Origin: Dipteris shenzhenensis | Lineage: Eukaryota | DNA: 64,000 nucleotides | Strand: one strand, 5' to 3' | Assembly: GCA_047967505.1 (NCBI GenBank) | Contig: CM106538.1 | In this document: piece by piece, positions 50,195-61,000 of the stretch | Numbering within the stretch: position 1 is the stretch's first letter | Layout of the letters: each line of letters begins with the position of its first letter | Notes under the pieces: model-generated | What the model saw: only the letters and a program-made list of their open reading frames with translations | What the model was told of the DNA's origin: nothing | The model's database searches: none | Made by a program: the position numbers and the translations under genes

Positions 50195-53100
50195 CTAAGA
50201 ACTCACTCCTGAGTTCGGTAAGAAATCGGGAAATGTTCTTTGGAGGTTTTGTAATGTCTCCCATGTTGCATCCTCCTCAACACGATCCTTCCACTTAATC
50301 TTGTATTCCGTGATAGTACGATTTCGAATCTGTCTTTCACGGAATTCAAGAATAGATTCAGGTTCGTGAGGAATAAAAGTTAAATCTGTAACTTCTATAA
50401 TCTCATGAGGAGAAACAATTTGATCATCTGCACCCAATACTTCTTTCAGTCTACTGACATGAAAGACTGGATGTACTTTAACATCAGGAGGCAATTCTAG
50501 TCGATATGCAACTGGTCCAATTCTTTTAATGACCTTGAATGGGCCACAATATCTGGGGGATAATTTCGGAACGAAACCAGTACTTAGGCTCTTGGATTCC
50601 TTAGGAATTCGCAAATATACCATCGTTCCTTCAGAGAACTCTCTAGGTGAACGATGTCTATTAGCATAAAATCTGTCCCGATCTTGGGCACTTCTAATAG
50701 ACTCCTTGGCAAACTGCAACATTTCCTGCATGTCTTGCAAGAAGTTCTTAGCAGCATCATTTTGAATCCCTTTTAATCCAACCATAACTGGTGACTTAGG
50801 TTGAAACCCGTACATAAGCATAAAAGGACTATAACCTGTACTAGAATGCTTTGCACTGTTGTAAGCAAATTCAATCATGGGTAGATAATCTTCCCATGAA
50901 GACTGCCTCTTAGATACATATGCCCGAAGCATGTCTTCAACCAACTGGTTGACCTTCTCTGTACTGCCATCGGATTGTGCATGATCCGAGGAACTCATAC
51001 TTAGAGTAGTTTCCAACTTCTCAAATAGAAGTGTCCAGAAGTTACTTGTAAACTTTGAGTCCCTGTCACTGACTATGTCAGATGGCAAACCATACAGCTT
51101 GAACAAGTGGTCCACAAACTCGTGAGCCAGCTGAACAGCTGAAATAGTTGTTCTTGTAGGTAAGAATCTAGCCATTTTTGTCAAACGGTCGACTATGACC
51201 CAAATAGAGTCATGACCCTTGCGCGTTCGAGGTAAACCAGTAATAAAATCCATGGAAATACTTTCCCATTTATTACCTGGAATCTGTAATGGCTGTAATA
51301 AGCCCGCGCTCCTAAGGCGTTCAGCCCTAGTAACCTGACAAACTCGGCAACCTACCACATAGTTCTCTACAAATGCACGCATCTTAGGCCAATAAAAGGT
51401 ATGCTTCACAAGAGACAGAGTCCTATGTATACCTGGATGTCCCGCACTAGGAGCATCATGACACTCCCAGAGAATCTTGGATTTGAGGTCCAGAACATCA
51501 GGTACACAAATCTTTTCATTCCGGAACAGCAAGCCGTTCCTAATCATCCACTGACCTCCCGCCGCCTGTATCCTAGGTGGCACAATCCCTGAGTCCTGGT
51601 CAACCATGGAGCTCCCATCCTGGACTCTCTGCCAATAAGAACTGAAATGACTATCAGTTGCGTATAGCCCTCTCAAGGATTGAAATAGGTCTGAGGATAT
51701 TTCCGTAAATGACAAAGCATTTACAAACTTAACTCGACTTAAGGCATCCGCCACACTATTCAACGAACCCTTACGATAACGTATTTCGAAATCAAAATCC
51801 TGCATTAACTCTGCCCATCTGGCTTTCCTTCCTCTCAATTCTGATCCATCACACACATACTTAATTGACTGGTGATCAGTCAATACAAGGAACTTTGAAC
51901 CATACAAGTAGTGTCTCCAAACCTTGAGAGCATACACTACCGCATAAAGTTCCTTCTCGAGTGTGGGCCAACGATACTGAGTGTCGTCTAGCTTCTTACT
52001 CTCAAAAGCTACAGGTCTGCCCTCTTGGAATAGAGCTGCCCCAATCGCATAATCACTCGCATCGGCCTCTAAAACATAAGGCCGGGTAGGATCGGGTAAT
52101 GCAAGAACGGGTGCTTCCTTGATAGATAACTTCAAGGTTTCAAAAGCCTTGTTCATTGCATCATTCCAAGGAATCGGCTGAGTAGACCTGCGTCCACGAC
52201 CTTTCAATATGTTGGTCAAGGGTACCGTGATTTGGGAGTAATCACGGACTGACTTCCGAAGAAATACCGTAAATCCTAGGAAAGAGCGAAGTTGTTTCAC
52301 AGTCTGAGGGATAGGCCATTCTAAAACCTTCTGGATACGATCCAGATCAATGCTAATACCTTCAGAAGAAATCTTGTGTCCTAAGTAAATGATCTCCTTC
52401 ATAAAGAAGTCACATTTACTCATCTTGGCATAAAGCTTATGCTGTCTTAGAACAAGTAAGACAACCCGAAGGTGTCCTATATGATCCTCAAGCGTTTTAC
52501 TATATACCAAGATATCATCTAAGAACACGACAACAAATTTGCCCAGATAATCCCTGAACAAATCGTTCATCATCTGCTGAAAAGTAGCAGGAGCATTGGT
52601 CAAACCAAAAGGTAATACGAGGAACTCGTAATGACCATACCTAGTCCGGAATGCGGTCCTATCTATGTGTTTAGCATAGATACGGATTTGATGATAACCC
52701 GTACGCAAATCAATCTTAGTGAAATACTTCGCTCCGGCCAAACGGTCTATCAAATCATCAGAACGAGGTAAAGGATAGCGGTTCTTAATTGTAACTTTAT
52801 TGAGTCGTTTATAATCTATACACATCCTCCAGGAAGAATCCTTCTTCTTTCTTAAGAGGACAGGTGCACCCCAAGGAGATTTACTTGGGCGGATATAGCC
52901 CATATTCAGGTAATCCTGAAGCTGGATAGCTAACTCATCCTCCTCTACCTGGCTCATCCTATACGGTGGTACACTGATAGGTTGAGCCCCTGGGACTAAG
53001 TCTATGCGATGATCTACTGCCCTTTCTGGAGGTAACCCTTCCGGCAGTTGAGCTGGGAATACGTCCTTAAAATTATCTAACAACGTTCTCAATTCTCGGT

Positions 53101-53635
53101 GTTCAAACACACTTAATTCATTTTTGTTAATTACCGAAACAATAAATGAAGAAAGTGGAATCAAAACACACTGATAGACATCATAATGAGAAGTGTTCAA
53201 TATATTCCGAAGCTGCATCGCAGATACAATAGGCCCCTGAGAAGGGATAATCTTATCACACTGAATACAAAATTGGGTGCCTTTGTCTTCAAAAGAAAGG
53301 GTATGCTCCGTCCATCCGATCTGGATATTGTGGGTTTTAAACCACTCTATCCCGATCAGCAAGTCTACATGCTCTAAATGCATAACATAACATGTGAGAG
53401 CTCCCGTGTAGGCTTGAATCCGGATGGGAAGCGCTTCAACCTTGCGATCCCAAAACTGCTTCCCGGCTGGTAGCTGCACCTCGTAGGTGTGGTCGCTAGG
53501 TACTGTGGACAGCCCCATCTTCTGCACAAATTTGTAATTAACAAAATTGTGAGAGCTGCCCGGATCAAAGAGAATGTGAACCCGTTGGTCCCTAACTTCT
53601 CCATAAACTCGGAAAAGATCATGGGAACCAAACAA
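50195..53635 (-). CDS. Element D pol: protease, RT, RNase H, integrase, chromodomain (uninterrupted; -1 frame relative to gag, no ATG start)
   Basis: LFDPGS; VFLDDILVY; EADASDYAIGA; CHDAPSAGH...C..C; SMDFITGLP, SDRD; GPF; EYKIKWKD...ATWE. Confidence 0.95.
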   Translation of the reverse strand: MFGSHDLFRVYGEVRDQRVHILFDPGSSHNFVNYKFVQKMGLSTVPSDHTYEVQLPAGKQFWDRKVEALPIRIQAYTGALTCYVMHLEHVDLLIGIEWFKTHNIQIGWTEHTLSFEDKGTQFCIQCDKIIPSQGPIVSAMQLRNILNTSHYDVYQCVLIPLSSFIVSVINKNELSVFEHRELRTLLDNFKDVFPAQLPEGLPPERAVDHRIDLVPGAQPISVPPYRMSQVEEDELAIQLQDYLNMGYIRPSKSPWGAPVLLRKKKDSSWRMCIDYKRLNKVTIKNRYPLPRSDDLIDRLAGAKYFTKIDLRTGYHQIRIYAKHIDRTAFRTRYGHYEFLVLPFGLTNAPATFQQMMNDLFRDYLGKFVVVFLDDILVYSKTLEDHIGHLRVVLLVLRQHKLYAKMSKCDFFMKEIIYLGHKISSEGISIDLDRIQKVLEWPIPQTVKQLRSFLGFTVFLRKSVRDYSQITVPLTNILKGRGRRSTQPIPWNDAMNKAFETLKLSIKEAPVLALPDPTRPYVLEADASDYAIGAALFQEGRPVAFESKKLDDTQYRWPTLEKELYAVVYALKVWRHYLYGSKFLVLTDHQSIKYVCDGSELRGRKARWAELMQDFDFEIRYRKGSLNSVADALSRVKFVNALSFTEISSDLFQSLRGLYATDSHFSSYWQRVQDGSSMVDQDSGIVPPRIQAAGGQWMIRNGLLFRNEKICVPDVLDLKSKILWECHDAPSAGHPGIHRTLSLVKHTFYWPKMRAFVENYVVGCRVCQVTRAERLRSAGLLQPLQIPGNKWESISMDFITGLPRTRKGHDSIWVIVDRLTKMARFLPTRTTISAVQLAHEFVDHLFKLYGLPSDIVSDRDSKFTSNFWTLLFEKLETTLSMSSSDHAQSDGSTEKVNQLVEDMLRAYVSKRQSSWEDYLPMIEFAYNSAKHSSTGYSPFMLMYGFQPKSPVMVGLKGIQNDAAKNFLQDMQEMLQFAKESIRSAQDRDRFYANRHRSPREFSEGTMVYLRIPKESKSLSTGFVPKLSPRYCGPFKVIKRIGPVAYRLELPPDVKVHPVFHVSRLKEVLGADDQIVSPHEIIEVTDLTFIPHEPESILEFRERQIRNRTITEYKIKWKDRVEEDATWETLQNLQRTFPDFLPNSGVSS

Positions 53636-54774
53636 CGAAGTATTAAAGGTACAATTGCAAGAAAGGGGCAGGTAATGACATTTACTGAAATACCTGTCAT
53701 TGTAACCTGGTTGGCTCCCTTGGCTGCGGTACGCGGACCTGCCTGGAGCTTCGGTCCTAGCACCAATCTCTGGTTCTTCCGCTTAGGACACTCATTCTTC
53801 GTGTGGCCCCGCTCCTCGCAATAAAAACACCGGCCCTCTTTCTTGAGCCTGAGAGTGCGAAGGAAACGGGCCTTACCATTCTTCGCAGGAGTTAAGCTTT
53901 TCCTGGAGGCGTTGTCCGTAGACTTCGTCTCCCCAATACCAGTCGCATGCTGAAAGAACTTGCGTTTGTTCTTTCCGCTGGTCTCGGTAACTGTGGTTGC
54001 CTTGGTTCCGGCCATGGTATCATCATATATGCGCGCATATGTCATGGCCTCCTGCAATGTTGTGCACTTGTTATTCTTAATCTGTAACTTATAGGAGTCT
54101 GGCAAACCATCCACGAAAAAACCTAACAAGGTTACAGGATCCATCTTGGTGGCCCTGGTTTGCAGATCCCTAAATCTCTGAAGATAAACTTCAAAAGTTA
54201 AATTCAATTTTGACATATCGAGGGCTTTGAGCTTGCCGACGATATCGTAGTCATCTTCCTTCTTCAGGAACTCCTTCCTGAAGATACCCTCAAATTCTGT
54301 CCAAGTGTCAGGCTTAGGCTGAAGTTCTTTCCACCAAAGCAAGGCTTTACCTGACATAAACCCTGCTGCTAGCTGAATCTTTTTCTCGTCTGGATAGGGG
54401 TGAAATTGGAAGTGAACTTGCCACTTGTGCAGCCAAGTGTCAACCACCTCCTTTGTTCTTGATTTCTGGTCACCTGGAAAGGGATCCGGAGTGATATTCG
54501 GGCCTAGCACGGAGGCCATGGCATCCACATGCGTGAGTGCCTGAACCGTGCTAGCCAGAAGAGTCAAGGTAGCTTGTATCCCTTGGAGTTGCTGTGTCAA
54601 CCCCGATTGATTAGCGTTGACCTGCTCAAATTTACCATCTAGAGCAGTCGTGAACTCACTGAAGGCTTTCTTAGTGATCAGGTCGTCATAGAGACCCTGA
54701 TCATCCTCTCCCACTGGAGTGTAATCTAATTCCTGCTCTCCCATAGTGAACTCGGGATTCGGAGCATCAGACAT
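53374..54774 (-). CDS. Element D gag (466 aa)
   Basis: Retrotransposon gag core (KALLWW...TWTEFEGIF...FFVDGLP) and zinc knuckle CFYCEERGHTKNEC. Confidence 0.9.
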   Translation of the reverse strand: MSDAPNPEFTMGEQELDYTPVGEDDQGLYDDLITKKAFSEFTTALDGKFEQVNANQSGLTQQLQGIQATLTLLASTVQALTHVDAMASVLGPNITPDPFPGDQKSRTKEVVDTWLHKWQVHFQFHPYPDEKKIQLAAGFMSGKALLWWKELQPKPDTWTEFEGIFRKEFLKKEDDYDIVGKLKALDMSKLNLTFEVYLQRFRDLQTRATKMDPVTLLGFFVDGLPDSYKLQIKNNKCTTLQEAMTYARIYDDTMAGTKATTVTETSGKNKRKFFQHATGIGETKSTDNASRKSLTPAKNGKARFLRTLRLKKEGRCFYCEERGHTKNECPKRKNQRLVLGPKLQAGPRTAAKGANQVTMTGISVNVITCPFLAIVPLILRCLVPMIFSEFMEKLGTNGFTFSLIRAALTILLITNLCRRWGCPQYLATTPTRCSYQPGSSFGIARLKRFPSGFKPTRELSHVMLCI

Positions 54775-57700
54775 GGCTGAATACTAACTCGATTACAGGC
54801 TGAGAGAAATAAATAACTGAAACGGAGCACGGAGGGAGATGGAGTAGAAGAAAACCGTCCCAGATAAATCTGACAGAAAGGATGCTGAAATCTGGAAGAC
54901 CACGAGCCCTGGTGCCTCCCCGAATCTGCAACCGGATGCGCAGTCAACGATAGAGGCTGTACGGCTGCTGACGCAGTCCGTACGGTGGCTGCAGGTGCAG
55001 GCGCAGAGCAGCTGCAGGTACAGAAGCAAGCGAAACAGTCCGTACAGGCTGTACGGCTGGCGCTGTGACTGTACGGACTGGTACGGAACTTTGGGAGCTG
55101 TGCAGGGCTGACGCAAGCAAGGGCTGCAGCAGAGAAGCTGTCGAAACTGGGCGCAGGCTGAAGGGCGAGGCGGGCTGGCACAGATCTCAAGGTAAGATCT
55201 CGAATCTGGGGCTGCTTGTGGGTTGCCTAGCACCCAGCCCCCACCTATATAGGGTGCAGGGCGGCCTAATTTGGAAGCTAGGCCTCCAAAGAAGGCTGAG
55301 CCCCTCCAGCTTTGGAGGGGTGCTTTTACGAAAAAAGCACCTGAGCCCCTCCAACTTTGGAGGGGTGCTTTTTTCGCAAAAAACACCTTCCTCCTGCCCT
55401 GCTTCCTGCGCAGGCTGCACGCAGCCCTAGGCGCAGGCTGTTCGCAGCCTGTTGCGCAGGCTGTGGTCAGCCTGTTGCGCAGGCTGTCCTGCCCCTACAG
55501 CCCCGCCTAACTGCGTCCTTTCTACTCCCCGCATACTCTACTCCCAGGCTGTCAATTTCCTGCCCTACTCTCCTTCCTTTCTGCTCTCCTTCTCCTCCCT
55601 CAGACTTCTCTCTGTAGCCTTCAGAATTTTCGATTCAATTTCACTCCTCTTCTTCCTCCTTTTCCAGATATTTCCTCACCCCTTCTACCCCAGGTAGACA
55701 GCAAAAACGCAGCAGGAAATCTCGAATTTTAGGGCATACCTGGAAGAGAAATCCGTCAAATTTCTCGTATCAGAAGTTCCTACCTCAGGAGTTGGCTCTG
55801 ATACCAACTGACACATCCCAGCACTCCTGAAACCCCTGATCTGCAAAATAACCACACACAACATCAGAACTGAGCAGGCTGCTCACCACCCAACCGTGAC
55901 ATCTACGGGATGTGATCCCGAATCAGAAGATGTCCCCCCGAGCCACGAGCTGAGCTACTGGCACGAACTCCCAATCAGATCCCAACCAGCCTGGTGTCCC
56001 ATACCACCAGGTGGCGCTGTGAAGCCCTGGATCTGCCACTGGGCCTTGGGCTACGCTAAGATGCAGGCGCGCGTCCGCGACACAATCCAAGATCAGACCT
56101 AGCACCTGGGAACGAGACTTGCTCCCAACTGCACACTGAGAACTGAACCCCCTGGGCCTCTTTTATAGACTCGGGCCCCGGCGCCAAAAATAGCGAAAAC
56201 CTATAAATAGTTCGTACCCTTGCCACTCAACCCGAGAATCAAGCCTGCCTAGCTCTAAGCCTCCCCAGGCTAACCTGAGCTAGTTCTGTGTACCTAGTAC
56301 ACGTCAGATACCGATCCGTGCACATGACAAGTAGTAAGGCCTCTGTGTAAATGTAGACATGTGTTTATGACCCCTAATGCTGTGTTCTTGTTTTCTCTCT
56401 CCCTCCCCATCTGTTCTCTACGTGTATCAGGTTCGTTGTTGAGCTCCAAACACGCTGTTCGGAGTTTCCAGCCTCTAGACGATGTTTACTCCCATCTGCT
56501 ATTTGCCCCATAGCGCTGCGATTGAAGTCTCTAGCCAATTTCAAGCTTGTTTCCAAAGTGCGATTTGACACGAGTAGCTGCGTTTTGTTCTGAGAGATGA
56601 GTTTGTGGTGTGGTTAAGGTTTCAGTGGTATTAGAGCACAGTCTAGGCACTTTCCTTGGTGGCAACGATCCAAAGAATTCTCCGTTTAAGCAGGGATAGC
56701 AGTCATTTCGAAGAATCAACATATCTTCAGTCCGTAGGAGGCCCCTAGCTCATCGCAATTCAGTCCGGGCTGCCATACACTATATTTTCTAATTTTTGTG
56801 ACCCAAATATTGGACTAGTGGTTGAAGCATACAACCAAAAGCCACTCCTACTCTTACTTCATCGTGTATCGGGCCAGCTCCCATCTTCACCTGTAAGTGT
56901 TTACCTCCTTGAAACACGAGGGTGTGATTTCTAACACATGCATGTTGGCCTGCATGTGGGTAGGACCCTAGGAAAACAAGGAGCAAGGTCATGGGTTGCT
57001 TGGTGTGCTAGAACCCCTAGCAGGTAATGCCTTGGGGGTAAAAATTGTGGTTGGGTCCAAAGAGGGGGCAAAAAGCCCCAAGGATCCAAGGTTGGGCCAT
57101 TGGAATGGGGGGCAAGGGGCAAATGAAACTTTAAGTTGGTCATTGGTTTGACCCGATAGGGCCTAGGGGCAAATTAAAGACCCGTGGGGAATTTTTTAAA
57201 ACGTGGGCTGCCATGTGGCATATTCCCATGCTTGGGATGCATTTGGAAAGGTTGCCCATGGAAGCTCCCAGGAAGAATTACGAAGGAAAAAGGTTGTTGG
57301 CTGATGGGCGACGGGGGAGGAGCTATGACGCGGGCTGAGCATATGCACATATGAAGGCTTCATAGGGCCTTAGCTTGACATTGCGAATGCTTGGCTGCCC
57401 ACTAGGGCTTCTTTCATTGCTGACAGACTATGGGCAGAGAGCTGCTTGGGCGTTGTATGATCTATGTAAACGCTAAAGAGGTCTTGGCTGATTATGAGCT
57501 CCTACGCAGGAGAATTGCTGGGGTGCTGGGTGCCAGTGTTGGCCGTTAAAGCCTTAGTCGAAAATGCTGTAGGTGCTGTGGGACTCGTACGTAGCTGTAG
57601 TACGCTCTTTCCTTGACTGAAGAGTTTGGTTTGGTTGGAGTTGTGACTGGCGGCTGGAACAAGGTAGCTGATTTCGAATGAGCCGCTTGATGTGAGCATC

Positions 57701-58010
57701 CAGTAAGGCACGTACAAGCACGAGTTGGGGCCTTGCTGGTTGAGAACGCTGGTAGAGGGCCTGGTTACCTGCAGGGTCACACCCATTGGCTACTAACTGC
57801 TCTAAAAAGGGCCTGGCTGCGCAAGGTCTACAGGACACAGGTCCGGGTCTACTCATTGAGACCAGCCTGGTGAGCAGTGGTTGTTTTAATGTATCAGTTG
57901 AGGTTTGAAGGGCAGGATAATAATGGAATGAACTTATCTTTGCAAATTGTTCTGAAGTGAGTCTTTTGACCTCCTTTGCTTCCTTTGCTCACTAATTGGC
58001 AGGGTGCTCT

Positions 58011-61000
58011 GGTTGGAATGATCCCCATAATTCATGGCAGTGACCAATGTATAGTCAATAAGTGAGTTAGGGGCACTTTTCCCTCATAGAGGTTTCCCCC
58101 TCTAACCATAGTTAGGATCCCTAACTACGGGTAGTGGATAGGTTTAGGTTTTGTCACTTAGACAAAATCGTCACCTCTTGTATGTTTTCCTCTTATCTAT
58201 TCTACGTTTGCACTCTTCTTGCTCCCTCTTGCATCCTTCATTTGGTATCAAAGCCTGCCTCTGCCTCTGGACCTAGAGCTCATCATCAAGCTTGCCTGTC
58301 TGCTCTTGGACCAAGAGCCCATGGCCTTTCAACACGGGAATCTGTACTTAGTCTCGACCTGCTCGTCCATACAACAGTACGTACATCCATACTGTTTGCC
58401 GTTCGAACACTACCATTGCACATTTTGTCGGTACAGGTCCCGCTCTCTTTGTCCGTACTGACGCCGTACACACGTACGGCCCTGCAGCCCCGTCCGTACA
58501 CATACCATTCCGTACGCTGTCCCGCCATCTTGTACACCAGCCGTACGTCGTACGGTACCATTTCGTACTGGCGGATTCTACGTACAGTAGCTGTTGCCAG
58601 GGTTGCACGTGTGATTGTACTTGCTTGCAGCTGTCCGTACAACTCTTTGTGTTGTAGGTCTCTTTGCAGGTGCTTTTGGAATTTTGGGTGTGCTCATTTG
58701 CACACATTTGCAGTTAGATTTGGGGCTTTTGCAGGCAAATTAATTTTGGCAACATTTGGGCCTTTTATTCAATTTTCCCTCTTCTGGTTGCAATTACCCC
58801 CAAGAAATTGGGGCTTTTGTGATTGAGCTGCAATTCCTCAGTGTTCGAGGTAATTGGACACTTTGCAAGCAACTTTGGACTCAGATTGAGTCACATTGCA
58901 GACTTAGCAGTGTTTCTTGGCAAATTTTGGGCATTTGCAGGTTATTTGTTATTTGGGTGCATTTTGAGCCTTTGATAGGCCGAGACAGCAAGGTGTCCTT
59001 TGGTTTTGGACACACATTCTCCTATATTTGGGGCTTTTGGACTTTTTGTAGGTGTTTTGCAGGCACATTTGGCAGAGATTCAATTGAGTTTATGCTTTTG
59101 GGCTGTTGCATTTTGAGCCATTGATTGGCTGTTTTTTGAGCAGTGGGCAGTTTGCATCAATATCTCGAAAGGAATTTGTGCTGTGCACCTTAATTCCCAG
59201 GAAGGGAATTTTTGTTGGTATTTGCTGCATTTTCTTTGGCAGTTATGGCCCAGAACAATCCCAATGAAGTGTTGGAGTTCTCACACAGGAGGATAAGTTG
59301 GATGGTACCAACTACTGCTTATGGAGTTTTATGGTTCGCAATAGTTGGCAAACACTTATGGGATTATGTCAATGGGGATGAGACATGGCCAGAGAATGTG
59401 GTTGCACCTGCCACTTCTCCTCAACAAGGTGGAGGAAGTGGTAGAGGACAAGCTCAGGGTGCAGGACAAGTGCTAGGTGCAGCAGCTGCTGCAGTGTTGG
59501 CTCCCACACAGGAACAGAAAAGGTGGGATTCACGTGATGGACTAGCACTTATGGGATTATGTCAATGGGGATGAGACATGGCCAGAGAATGTGGTTGCAC
59601 CTACCACTTCTCCTCAACAAGGTGGAGGAAGGGGTAGAGGACAAGCTCAGGGTGCATGACAAGTGCTAGGTGCAGCAGCTGCTGCGGTGGTGGCTCCCAC
59701 ACAGGAACAAAATGGGATTCACGTGATGGACTAGCACTTTCAGCTATCTTCCTTTCTGTCAAAAGGTTTATTATTCGCATATTCGGTCATGCAAGACCTC
59801 AAAGGCAACTTGGGATATTTTGGCGAGTATGTTTTGAGCCTGCAATGATGCCAGGGTCTCTTTCCTGAAGAGAGAGTTGACTCATACTCATATGGATGGG
59901 GTGACTCTATGTTTGAGCACCTCGCTAAACTTTAGGATTTGAGAGAGCAATTATTGAATATTGATGAGATCCTTCCGGATTCAGAGATGGTCATTACCAC
60001 TTTGAATTCTCTTCTTGAGTCTTATCTTGATTTTCACTCTTCATTGAATTTGTCTTTGAGGGGGGGTGGCAACCCTCTCCCCTTTCATGAGTTGATAGGA
60101 CTTTTGTTGCAGGAAGAACAAACCAGGAAGAACATGGCTTTACAAGTTGGTGAGCATGCCATGCTTTCGAAATTCAAGCCCAAGGGAAGGGGCAACATAA
60201 GCAACATGCAAATCAATCTTCACATCAGCATAAAGTTGATTCTGGACGGCCTTCTCACAAGGCTAAGAATGATGCAGAGAAGCCCAAGAGAAAGGGTGTT
60301 TGTCATAATTGCAAGAAGCCGGGTCACTACATAGGAGAATGCAAGAAAAGAATTGCCAAGGAAAAGAAAAAGGATTCATGTATGGCTGTCAGAGATTCAG
60401 CTCCTCATGCACATGATGGTGGTGATGCTTCAGCCAACTTAGTGGAAGAAGAGTATGCCTTTTTGACTTGCAGTCTTGATTTTGAGGTGGTTGCTCGAGA
60501 TATTACAGCCACATTTGAGGATGACTCTCATGCTTTTCTGACTTGCAGTTATGATGCTTCTAAGGATTTATGTGCTTTTAATGTCAATGAGACATTGAAT
60601 AATTGTTACTTTAATAGTAGTGCCACCAAACATATCACTTCGAGGAAGTATTTGTTTGATTCTCTGCATCCATCACCTGTTGGAAAAAGGGTGTCTTGTG
60701 CAAATGATTCGTCTTATTCAGTTCGTGGTATTGGTGAGATTGTACTTACAGCCACAGATGGCACAAATTTAAGAATTCATGATGTGCTTTATGTACCTGG
60801 AATCAAGAAGAATTTGCTTTCAGTGTCCTCTCTCAATAAAAGAGGATTTTAGGTTGTCTTTGAAGATGACAAGTGTGCAGTCTGAGATAGGGAAGATGAT
60901 TATGCCTTGAGACTATCTTTCACACTGTTTCGTGGTCTTTTTCAGTTTGATGTTTTTGAGAGAAGATCAGATGATGCACTTGCAGTTTGTACTCCCACTA

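Larger units (their letters stand above)
49661..56329 (-). mobile_element. Element D: very young Ty3/Gypsy chromovirus in a GET3 intron
   Basis: 521-bp LTRs (49661-50181, 55809-56329) with two differences seen. TSD AGTAG at 49656-49660 and 56330-56334. PBS 55795-55806; PPT 50182-50195. Confidence 0.97.

Noticed and set aside
56790-57960. Possible solo LTR or other repeat between D and E
   Set aside because: No termini, TSD or second copy could be established.
58134-58826. 230-aa ORF
   Set aside because: Spans the LTR, PBS and leader of E; no protein motif.
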